Positions 1-7,969 of a DNA stretch of 64,000 nucleotides are shown here, piece after piece (the stretch's first letter is position 1; every line of letters begins with the position of its first letter). The position numbers and the translations under genes were made by a program. The notes under the pieces are model-generated. The model had not been told where the DNA came from, ran no database searches, and saw only the letters and a program-made list of their open reading frames with translations. Location of the stretch: positions 4,632 through 68,631 of the forward strand of contig JAWCRZ010000005.1 of the NCBI GenBank assembly GCA_038868995.1, written 5' to 3'. Source of the DNA: Candidatus Woesearchaeota archaeon (lineage in GTDB: Archaea; Nanobdellota; Nanobdellia; Woesearchaeales; ARS49).

Positions 1-1
1 C

Positions 2-289
2 AAACCCAACCCCGACGCCTTGCCCGAAGCTTATAGCGTTCCAGTCATTATTTACAAGGATCGTTTCAACCTATTGAGAGAACCTATTAGGGGCTTTAGG
101 CCTGTGCACAAAATTGCCATTATTCGAAACAATGATGAATTGAGTTTTTACATAGATCAGGCTTTTGCTCGCTTAATGAACAGCTCTGCATTCCAGGAAA
201 TACGAACGAAATTTGGGAGGGACTACGCGCAAACAACAGTTTTCGGTAATGCGCTTTTCATTAATTACCTTAATCAAGAAACGCGATAA
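2..289 (+). CDS. hypothetical protein, 3' fragment (frame open to window edge)
   Basis: The frame is open from nt 2 to TAA at 287-289. No motif recognised. Confidence 0.35.
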   Translation, partial: KPNPDALPEAYSVPVIIYKDRFNLLREPIRGFRPVHKIAIIRNNDELSFYIDQAFARLMNSSAFQEIRTKFGRDYAQTTVFGNALFINYLNQETR

Positions 290-376
290 AATATTTCAAC
301 ATCGTTCGCCTTCCACTACGGTGTGGGTTTTGCTCGTTTAAATATCCTTCTGGCGGTTTTTTTAAAGCTTTGAATT

Positions 377-535
377 TCAGCCCAGGCCAGCTTCGAGGAG
401 AACCTGCTTTTTCTTGAGGAATACGTCCTCGCTGATGTCTCCTGAGATGAACTTTTCTGCAAGCTGTGCCAAGGCGCCTTTCTCGGCTTTTCTGACCTTT
501 CGCTGAATTAATGTGAATTGCTTGCCTACTTTACT
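377..535 (-). pseudogene. SHOCT-like C-terminal module, out of frame directly after the 548-aa ORF
   Basis: Translation ...GALAQLAEKFISGDISEDVFLKKKQVLLEAGLG* resembles the SHOCT short C-terminal domain. The frame opens after a TGA and has no ATG/GTG, only an internal TTG at 472. Confidence 0.35.
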
Positions 536-2172
536 TCAGGAACGTCCTTTATGTACCGCAAATTATCTGTCCTGCCTTCAAAATACTTCTTCTTTTCAGC
601 AGGAGAAAACAATTTGCCTGCCTTTTGCTGGTCTCGCTGAATTTCATCGTAAATTGCATCAAACATATCCTTGCTCATCTCATAAGTCGTGCTTCCGAAA
701 GTCACCATAAACCTGCCTTGATACTGCTTAAAGGTCTCATGGGGGACGCTCTCTTCAATCAGGCCTGATGGTTTGTAAAACAACAATGCGCCGGCGAGGA
801 AAGCAGCGGCAGACGCGCCAGCAACAATACCCCATCTCTTTCTACGCGCGCTCAAAAGCTTGCTTTCCAACTCATCGGCACGCTTCGCCTCTGCCTTTTT
901 ATTTTCCCATATTTTTCTCACACGCTCTCTGAATGAGACAAAAACCCTCTGCGTTTTATGATAATGGTTGAGATTCTCATCCCGGGTAATTTCTGCCTCG
1001 CGCTGCCTGCGCAATGCATCGTCGCGCTCTGCTTCAACATCCTTAATGTGCTTCGCTTTGCGCGCATTGTCCTCCGACAGCACAGCATTTTTATTTTTCA
1101 ACCTGTCAATCTCACCTATTGCCCTGCCGTACATCTCCTTGAACACCTCTTCAACGTGCAGCATGTTCTTGTACAGTTCGTTGAATTTCTTCTGCGTGAA
1201 ACTAAGAGCGGCTGCGGTTTTCACAAATTCCGCATGTTCAAGCTCGCGAATTTTTTTGAACTCGTCAGGCGCTGCGCCATCAACAGCATCAAGATATTCC
1301 TGCAATCTGCCGCGCATTTCAGCAAGCTGCTTTTCAGCCGTTTTAAGCAACTTTGAAAATCCTTCCGCTTCTTTTGCAGCTTTTGTTGATGTCTGGCTCA
1401 AATTCTTGATTTTCTCCTCATATTCAACGATATCTGTGGCGTGCTCGCTGCCCAATCTTTTGAATTCATCAGCCAGCTTTTCTACAAGGTTTTTGTATTC
1501 CGCCAGCTTGCGCACATAATCGCGCATTTCACCTTTCACCAAGCCAATCCGCCTAAGCTCTTCGTTCACACGGTCAGCGATAATTTTTTCCATCCGGGCT
1601 TCCAAAGGAAGATTTTGGTGGTAATTGGCGCGCAGCATGTTAGCCATTGACTGAATAATCACAGGCATATCTGGTGATGGCACAAGTATGTTCATGCCCT
1701 CAATTGAACTGTGCAAGAGCATTTCAGCAGTCATGTGTTCTTTCAGCGCATTTTCCAAAGAGCCAAAATGCGCAATAGCTGTCTGAATGCCGTATGACTG
1801 CACTTCCAGACGAATACGCGCACCTCTTATCAACTCATTCTGGTGAAGCATCCATGCGCGCATTTCTTCAGGAGAGAGCTTCCTGATTTCCTCCTCAGTT
1901 AGCTTTTCAACAGGCTTTGTAGCCCTATGTGCAAACCACCTTTGGCGCAAAGCATGCCGCGCATTGGAATAGTCAATTTTTTCAATTTCTTCAAGAGTCA
2001 AAGTATCAACTGCGCCTGTTTCAATGCGGTAATACTCCCTGAGTGCGTCGCGCATCTGCTCGACAGAAAGCTTCTCGATATCATCAACCGAGCCGTTTTC
2101 AAACGCGACTATGTCAAAGCGACTCCCCATAATTTTAACCGAACCGTTTCCTCTTTTTAAATCTTGCGTCAT
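526..2172 (-). CDS. coiled-coil protein with a C-proximal transmembrane helix
   Basis: 548-aa ORF with long K/E/R-rich heptad-like stretches and a hydrophobic segment WGIVAGASAAAFLAGALLFY near the C-terminus. Confidence 0.6.
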   Translation of the reverse strand: MTQDLKRGNGSVKIMGSRFDIVAFENGSVDDIEKLSVEQMRDALREYYRIETGAVDTLTLEEIEKIDYSNARHALRQRWFAHRATKPVEKLTEEEIRKLSPEEMRAWMLHQNELIRGARIRLEVQSYGIQTAIAHFGSLENALKEHMTAEMLLHSSIEGMNILVPSPDMPVIIQSMANMLRANYHQNLPLEARMEKIIADRVNEELRRIGLVKGEMRDYVRKLAEYKNLVEKLADEFKRLGSEHATDIVEYEEKIKNLSQTSTKAAKEAEGFSKLLKTAEKQLAEMRGRLQEYLDAVDGAAPDEFKKIRELEHAEFVKTAAALSFTQKKFNELYKNMLHVEEVFKEMYGRAIGEIDRLKNKNAVLSEDNARKAKHIKDVEAERDDALRRQREAEITRDENLNHYHKTQRVFVSFRERVRKIWENKKAEAKRADELESKLLSARRKRWGIVAGASAAAFLAGALLFYKPSGLIEESVPHETFKQYQGRFMVTFGSTTYEMSKDMFDAIYDEIQRDQQKAGKLFSPAEKKKYFEGRTDNLRYIKDVPEVK

Positions 2173-2410
2173 TTCACCACTTAAAAGTAGGAATATTCTT
2201 TTTGTACTTGCTATTTGATTCTGCGGTTTGATTTATATTAATTTCGCACAGAATGCCTTTGTGAAGTTATTGAAAAATTAAAGCAACACGTCTGCCGCGT
2301 GAGTGGGGGTAGAACGCCGCACACCACAAACAAGAACAACGACCACTATTTAAACCTGCCATGTTGAAAGTAAAAGCAAAACCGCTTGTCGTGTACGAAA
2401 TTATCGGGAT

Positions 2411-3859
2411 TCACAAGCCAGCCAAATAATCCTTGATAAGCATTGTAGCACGTACGTCATCCTCGTTATAATCAAGAATTCTTTTCAGCAACTCACTTTC
2501 CTTTGTTTCCAAAAACTGCAAATAAAGAACAATGCTTTCCTGCGCATCAGCCATACCCCTGTACTTGAAGCCCAAAAATTTGCTTACTTCCTTCAATGAC
2601 ATCGTCATCGTAGGGAAGATGACATGCTTCCTGACCAATGCCAGCACATCAACCATATTATCAAGAACATGAGAAAGGTCAAGCTTGTATTTCTGGGCAA
2701 GCGCAGCAATATGCGTCCTTTCATACGGCCCATAATGGTATATTGGCGCTCCAGGGAACTTTCTTATAAAAGCGAGAAAATTGTGAAGCATCCTGCCCTC
2801 ATCTGCAAGCGTTTCAGCAACAAACGGACGGAAATGAACACCTTCCCTGTCCTTTACAAGAAGCCCTATCAAATAGTCCGTCTTAACCATCCCTTCCTCT
2901 GTCTCCAGCTCATCAGTGCCTTCAAAATCAAGAAACAGTTCCACATCAGCTTTTGGCAGCTTGGGCTTTGAAAGAATAATGGGCTTTTTGTCAACAAATG
3001 CCTGCGCGTACAATCTTATCTTTTTCAGCGTGGCATCAGGAATGTCAACCTCAAAAGGCTGCGTGGCAAGCTGGCGCACTGTAAAAATTCCTGCATCATT
3101 CAACTTCTTCTTCAAAGCAGGTCCGACATGCGGCAGGATTGAAACATCATCAGCAGCCACTGCCAGCTTGTTGCAATACGCCTCCCAAGGCCACTTGCAC
3201 GCCTTTGCAGTTGGAGAGATTTTTTTGCCATTAAAAATTTCCCTTATGTCAGCAAGGGCAAGCATCAATGACTCCTTGTAATCATCATAAGAATATTCCG
3301 TCTCCTCATTTTCCCTATTTATAAGATAAAATTTTGAAGGAGTATAACCCTGCACCCTGCCCAGCAGATAAGTGTAGAACGCGGTCTGCATTATATATTC
3401 ATGCTTGATATTCTTCGCGCTCTTGATTTCCTTGACAACATAATAATAGTTTCCAAACACGCTGCTATGGTCGTTCCTCCTTTCCAAAACATCAAGAATT
3501 CCATACATGTCCTCCTGCAGGAAAAACAAAGGCGCACCAGTTATTGCTTTTACACCCTTTTTGCACTCATCAAGAACCTGCCTGAAACCTGTCTCAAAAG
3601 ACAAAATGGGAATTTCAACAGCATCCCTGAAAAGTTTTGTACGCACTTCCTTCTCGTGCTGAATTCCGCGCTCGAACAGCAAATGCATATACCTGCTCTC
3701 CGGCTCGCGCTCCTCAGGAGGCGCAAAAGCATCGCACCAAACCAAAAACGGGCTGATGCAGTACTTTAGTACAGTATGCCCGGTAATGGTGAATTTGGAA
3801 CGGCGCTTTCCGGCCAGACACTGCTCAAACAGCTCCATAACACCGGCGCTATACAACAC
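2411..3859 (-). CDS. RecB-family nuclease, TM0106-like (PD-(D/E)xK half plus RNase-H-like exonuclease half)
   Basis: 482-aa ORF with motifs LDVLERR...YYYVVKEIKSAK, LFLDFEGTD and YHYGPYERTHI, typical of this family as I recall it. Confidence 0.65.
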   Translation of the reverse strand: MLYSAGVMELFEQCLAGKRRSKFTITGHTVLKYCISPFLVWCDAFAPPEEREPESRYMHLLFERGIQHEKEVRTKLFRDAVEIPILSFETGFRQVLDECKKGVKAITGAPLFFLQEDMYGILDVLERRNDHSSVFGNYYYVVKEIKSAKNIKHEYIMQTAFYTYLLGRVQGYTPSKFYLINRENEETEYSYDDYKESLMLALADIREIFNGKKISPTAKACKWPWEAYCNKLAVAADDVSILPHVGPALKKKLNDAGIFTVRQLATQPFEVDIPDATLKKIRLYAQAFVDKKPIILSKPKLPKADVELFLDFEGTDELETEEGMVKTDYLIGLLVKDREGVHFRPFVAETLADEGRMLHNFLAFIRKFPGAPIYHYGPYERTHIAALAQKYKLDLSHVLDNMVDVLALVRKHVIFPTMTMSLKEVSKFLGFKYRGMADAQESIVLYLQFLETKESELLKRILDYNEDDVRATMLIKDYLAGL

Positions 3860-3903
3860 CTTTATAAAATGTTGCGGCTTTCATACGGCAAAAAGAGGCA
3901 CGT

Positions 3904-4590
3904 ATGAATCACCATTTGCTGCTGTTTTTGTGCATTGGCATTGTCATATTTTTCGCATTAATGCACGTTGAGATGCTGTCACTGACTGGCGCTGCGATTG
4001 TCAAAGATTACACAGGCAAGGAATCGTATGCAATGAACATGCACGCCACTGTCTTGAAATTTCTTCAAGTAGAAGGCATAACATACCCGCATCACGTATG
4101 CACTGAAATCGCGAAAGAACTTTATTTGAACATCGCCCAGCCCTCTGCTGTAGTTACAGCCGGCTTTGCAAGCTCAGGGCCAGAGCGCGTGGCAAGCATC
4201 AACTTTGTCACGGAATGGGACGATGTTTACGGCACCATCGATATTATTCATGGCAAAGAAATACTTTCTGATTACGATGCAGATACAATGATGAGCATCA
4301 GCGTAGAATCGATAGTCCGTCTGCCAAAAAGGGCGCGTGCAAACTTTTTCAGCCTGGACTTGTTTGGCTTCAGCAGGGACAGGTTTTACATTACAGAAGG
4401 AAAGTTTTCAACTCCGAGCTTTGACTGCTACTTTGGCAGAGAAAACGGCGAGTTAATGTGCGACTGCGACGCACACCCGATTGCAGGCATAGAAATAGCG
4501 GGCATAACCGGAGTAAGAGCACCCCTTGATATACGTGCAAAGCTGCAGGAAGAATTGGAGATTTCTAAACTTCAGCGTCAGAAGGGTTAA
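3904..4590 (+). CDS. hypothetical protein with N-terminal membrane anchor
   Basis: 228-aa ORF with N-terminal hydrophobic helix LLLFLCIGIVIFFALM. The stop codon TAA (4588-4590) lies inside MITE copy 1. Confidence 0.55.
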   Translation: MNHHLLLFLCIGIVIFFALMHVEMLSLTGAAIVKDYTGKESYAMNMHATVLKFLQVEGITYPHHVCTEIAKELYLNIAQPSAVVTAGFASSGPERVASINFVTEWDDVYGTIDIIHGKEILSDYDADTMMSISVESIVRLPKRARANFFSLDLFGFSRDRFYITEGKFSTPSFDCYFGRENGELMCDCDAHPIAGIEIAGITGVRAPLDIRAKLQEELEISKLQRQKG

Positions 4591-4714
4591 GTCAAGTTTC
4601 TGGTGCTAACTTGCCTTGGTCCTCTGGACTCATTTTTCGCAGGTGCGGAGGAGAGAAAAATAAACTCGGCAAAGCCGAGACAGAGAGGCCAGCACCATCA
4701 AGTTGACAGCACCC
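4585..4714 (+). mobile_element. MITE-like element copy 1 (subfamily A, 9-nt deletion variant)
   Basis: 130 bp, GGTTAAGTCAAG...GTTGACAGCACCC, flanked by GTCAGAAG / GCCAGAAG. Confidence 0.85.
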
Positions 4715-4727
4715 GCCAGAAGTAAAC

Positions 4728-4735
4728 TTTAAATA
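4728..4735 (+). promoter_or_regulatory. TATA box (TTTAAATA) for the 4764 gene
   Basis: AT-rich octamer 13 nt after the MITE end and about 29-41 nt before the candidate starts. Confidence 0.5.
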
Positions 4736-4763
4736 CTCCTGTACAAAACCATATATAACCTGT

Positions 4764-5057
4764 GTGAGTGATGCAATGCCGGTTTTAGAAAGGACAAAAA
4801 TAACAAAAGAGGATTTGGGCGAACTTGCCAATGTTTTTCTTGCTGAAATACCTTTTGAGTTAAAAGGGCAGCTGCCAGTTGCACATTTCTATCTTGTTGG
4901 GTGCGAACTCTGCATTGAGGCGCCTGACTACAGCGCACTTGTGCTTGCAGAACCCAATTATGTTAAAAAGTTTGCAAGCCCAAAATTTGTTGCAGTATAC
5001 GACAGTACATCTGAAAACGGCACACATCGTATTGCCATATACAGAAAGAACGAATAA
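4764..5057 (+). CDS. hypothetical protein
   Basis: 97-aa ORF (GTG at 4764, alternative ATG at 4776). It lies between two near-identical MITE copies. Confidence 0.5.
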   Translation: MSDAMPVLERTKITKEDLGELANVFLAEIPFELKGQLPVAHFYLVGCELCIEAPDYSALVLAEPNYVKKFASPKFVAVYDSTSENGTHRIAIYRKNE

Positions 5058-5295
5058 TGCCAACAACACACATTGAGAATCTCATTCAATTATATCTTGT
5101 TAATGTCTTGTCAATTCGTAATTATCAAAATCTCTTGTAAATCACCATCCCTGAAGATATAGACGCTTCTCTTTAATAGTGTCGGGACATCACGTACACT
5201 GTACGCAAGATGCAAAACCCTTTCAGATGCAAATAATTCACAAAGCACTGCCCATAAAAACAACAGGGCTAATTTCAATGTACCCATGCCAACAG

Positions 5296-5425
5296 GGTTA
5301 AGTCAAGTTTCTGGTGCTAACTTGCCTTGGTCCTCTGGACTCATTTTTCGCAGGTGCAGAGGAGAGAAAAATAAACTCGGCAAAGCCGAGGCAGAGCGGC
5401 CAGCACCATCAAGTTGACAGCACCC
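5296..5425 (+). mobile_element. MITE-like element copy 2 (subfamily A, 9-nt deletion variant)
   Basis: 130 bp with 3 mismatches to copy 1. Perfect 8-bp flanking repeat GCCAACAG. Confidence 0.9.
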
Positions 5426-5438
5426 GCCAACAGTAATA

Positions 5439-5446
5439 TTTATAAA
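5439..5446 (+). promoter_or_regulatory. TATA box (TTTATAAA) for the pilin-like gene
   Basis: Lies 13 nt after the MITE end. GAGGTG Shine-Dalgarno at 5478-5483 and ATG at 5490. Confidence 0.5.
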
Positions 5447-5489
5447 GGCAAAACGTAATCACGTTCTTTAGACAAAAGAGGTGTATGTA

Positions 5490-6137
5490 ATGTCGAAGAA
5501 AGGAGCGCTTGAGCTCTCCATCACAGCAATCGTTGTTCTCATCATCGCCATAACCGTACTGGGGCTGGGCATAGGATTCATCAAGAAGCAGTTTGGTGCA
5601 GGCACCGAACTTGTAACAAAAGAACTGTCAAACATCAAAGAACAGCTCAAGGAACAGGTGAGGACAGGAGGGGAACTGCTGGTGTTCTCTGTTCCCGAGC
5701 AGGTAGCCATCGGAAAGCCACAGTCGGTGCTCATAGGAGTCAGAAACACCGCCATGAATCCTGACGGAGACCGCGTCTGCTTCAGAGTAGAGGTTGTGTG
5801 CATAAAGCCATTCACTCCAAACGCGCCCTGCGTTTCAGACCAGCCAGGGCCTCCATACGATCCAGTGGCAGTCGGCGGTTATGACACTGAAAACAATGAT
5901 TTTGTCACCGGCAACCGCAACTGGTTCAAAAGCATACTCGGACAGTTCGACCTGAAAAACTTTGAAGGCGATGTCTATGACGCAACCATGCTCGTCCGCG
6001 GCATAAAGCCAGATGCATACCAAATGGAGATAAACGTGTACAAGGAGCCCAACGACAAATCGTGCAGAGACCAAGGCTTCTCGGACCCGGCAAAAGAATT
6101 ATACGCAAGCAAAACATTCATTTTGAACGTGGTGTAA
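5490..6137 (+). CDS. type IV pilin-like protein (class III signal peptide)
   Basis: N-terminus MSKKGALELSITAIVVLIIAITVLGLGIGF has a K-G / A-L-E cleavage-type motif followed by a hydrophobic helix. GAGGTG lies 6 nt upstream of the ATG. Confidence 0.65.
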   Translation: MSKKGALELSITAIVVLIIAITVLGLGIGFIKKQFGAGTELVTKELSNIKEQLKEQVRTGGELLVFSVPEQVAIGKPQSVLIGVRNTAMNPDGDRVCFRVEVVCIKPFTPNAPCVSDQPGPPYDPVAVGGYDTENNDFVTGNRNWFKSILGQFDLKNFEGDVYDATMLVRGIKPDAYQMEINVYKEPNDKSCRDQGFSDPAKELYASKTFILNVV

Positions 6138-6138
6138 A

Positions 6139-6360
6139 ATGGCAAAAAACAAAAGACGGCTGGCAGCGCACGAAGAATTCGAGATAATGAAAATAGTCCT
6201 TGACAAGTTCTTATGGATAGGCGCAGCGCTGATGTTCTGGGGAATATTCAAAAGCATAACAGACAGTTTTGTTGACGGATTCTGGTACATACTCGCGGGC
6301 GCTCTTGTCATGCTCGTGTTTGCATGGGTCATTATCAAGGAATTTGAAGCGATACGGTAA
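6139..6360 (+). CDS. small membrane protein (two predicted helices)
   Basis: 73-aa ORF starting 1 nt after the previous stop, with hydrophobic segments FLWIGAALMFWGIF and FWYILAGALVMLVFAWVII. Confidence 0.55.
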   Translation: MAKNKRRLAAHEEFEIMKIVLDKFLWIGAALMFWGIFKSITDSFVDGFWYILAGALVMLVFAWVIIKEFEAIR

Positions 6361-6420
6361 TATTCTTCTATGTTTATTCTTAATTTACCATAGAAAACTT
6401 TTCAATGCGCCCTCTTCTCA

Positions 6421-6545
6421 GGTTAAGTCACTCTCTGGTGCTGGCCGCACTGCCTCGACGTTGTCGAGGTGACTTTTCTCTCCCCGCACTTGCAAGGGGA
6501 GAAGAAAAGTCAGGCCAGCGCGGCACCATTAAGTTGACAGCACCC
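6421..6545 (+). mobile_element. MITE-like element copy 3 (subfamily B, interior inverted relative to A)
   Basis: 125 bp, GGTTAAGTCAC...GTTGACAGCACCC, flanked by TCTTCTCA / TCTTCTCG (up to CCCTCTTCTC on both sides). Confidence 0.85.
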
Positions 6546-6557
6546 TCTTCTCGTAAC

Positions 6558-6566
6558 TTTTATAAA
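6558..6566 (+). promoter_or_regulatory. TATA box (TTTTATAAA) for the lipoprotein gene
   Basis: Lies 12 nt after the MITE end and 24 nt before ATG 6590. Confidence 0.5.
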
Positions 6567-6589
6567 CAAGACAGTCAGTACATCTGCTT

Positions 6590-7969
6590 ATGGAAAAGAG
6601 GTCGCTGGCATTTATTCTTAGCATTGCACTTCTCTTAATTCTTGCAGGCTGCGGCGGAGAATGCAAGACAGCTGCAGACTGCAAAGGAAAGCCCGCATCA
6701 GCATTCAAAGCAGAATGCACAGACAAAAAATGCGTCTATACCCCAATTCCTAACGTCTGCGGCAACGGAAAATGTGAGACAGGCGAGGACAGGGGAAACT
6801 GCGAGATTGACTGCGGTCCTTGCAAAGGTGCCGTGCCCGGAAGCAAATACCTATTCTACACAAAAGTCGGTGACAAATGCCTTGAAGACGTGGAGGCAGG
6901 CAGAATAAAACCGGTCTACAGCACTGCAGAAATACCATCTGGAGGCGACAGGTTCAAAATAGACACGGTATACAACCAGCCATTTAATCTTAAGAGAGAT
7001 ACGTTTGGAATCACAATAACTTTGGGAGAACAGGGTGCAGCAAACAGGGACGAGCGCATTGTATCGGCAGAGCTCACTGCAACAACCAAAGACAGGCGCA
7101 CAATAACAATTGCACGGCAGACCATAGACAAGTACTTATGGACCGCGGGCAGTGCGTTGAAGGAAGATATCATTCTCGACTTCCCCACTGTTGAACTTGA
7201 AGGCGAATTAAGCAACCTCATACTTAAAATACAATATGAATACTCCATAATACAAGCAGGAAAGAAAACACAAAAACAGGGCATACTGCAAAATAGATAC
7301 AAGGAGAATTTCTTTTTTGTCAAACCAAGCACAGCCTATCCCTGCCCAGCAAGCTGTGATGACAAAAATCCGGGCACAAGGGACTTCTGCGGGCCACAAA
7401 CCAATTATTTCTGCAGGCACGAGCCCATCCCCAACATGTGCGGCAACGGCAAATGCGATGGAGCAGAAAACAAATGCACCTGCCCGCAGGACTGTGGCGT
7501 ATGCGCAGGCAGCGCGGGAACATATCTTGAATACAAATGCGAAGGAAGCATGTGTGTCACGCAATTAAAAGCAGGCACAACTCAACAACCCAGTACTTTG
7601 TTTGATGACAGAAGCATAGGACCCGTACAGCTGAACAACAACTACAAGTTCAAAAACCCCTTCAACATCAAAACAGACAAATTCGAGTTTGATTTCAAAA
7701 TTTACAGAATAGACCCTGCTGTCTCAAATGTAAAAATAGACACCATACGGCTGCTTGAAGGACAGGAGCAAATAACAGAGGTTAACGTGGGCAAGGAGCT
7801 AAGCGACAAAACAACTACTGTTGAAGCCACAATACCTTCAATCGCCGAGCCGGAAGAAGAGCACAACATACTTCTCGGAGTATGGTATAGTTACACGCAA
7901 AACAACCAGGAAAAGCAAGGCAGTTATCAAAAGCCGCTTGGCAAGATAACGCTGATCAACCCAGGATGA
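6590..7969 (+). CDS. Cys-rich lipoprotein with an internally duplicated architecture
   Basis: Lipobox LLILAGC. It has two copies of PIPN(V/M)CGNGKC...C..DCG.C followed by a beta-rich region. Confidence 0.65.
   Translation: MEKRSLAFILSIALLLILAGCGGECKTAADCKGKPASAFKAECTDKKCVYTPIPNVCGNGKCETGEDRGNCEIDCGPCKGAVPGSKYLFYTKVGDKCLEDVEAGRIKPVYSTAEIPSGGDRFKIDTVYNQPFNLKRDTFGITITLGEQGAANRDERIVSAELTATTKDRRTITIARQTIDKYLWTAGSALKEDIILDFPTVELEGELSNLILKIQYEYSIIQAGKKTQKQGILQNRYKENFFFVKPSTAYPCPASCDDKNPGTRDFCGPQTNYFCRHEPIPNMCGNGKCDGAENKCTCPQDCGVCAGSAGTYLEYKCEGSMCVTQLKAGTTQQPSTLFDDRSIGPVQLNNNYKFKNPFNIKTDKFEFDFKIYRIDPAVSNVKIDTIRLLEGQEQITEVNVGKELSDKTTTVEATIPSIAEPEEEHNILLGVWYSYTQNNQEKQGSYQKPLGKITLINPG

Noticed and set aside
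4592-4938. Minus-strand ORFs 4592-4831 and 4729-4938.
   Set aside because: They run through MITE copy 1 and antisense to the promoter and start of the 4764 gene, and their composition is low-complexity. They are likely spurious.
5111-5287. 58-aa minus-strand ORF (MGTLKLALLFLWAVL...) in the spacer before MITE copy 2.
   Set aside because: It has no ribosome-binding site or promoter that I can point to, and it would have to be transcribed out of the MITE. It is kept only as a note.
6405-6726. ORFs 6405-6638 (+) and 6529-6726 (-) around MITE copy 3.
   Set aside because: They are generated by the repeat sequence and overlap the well-supported lipoprotein gene start.
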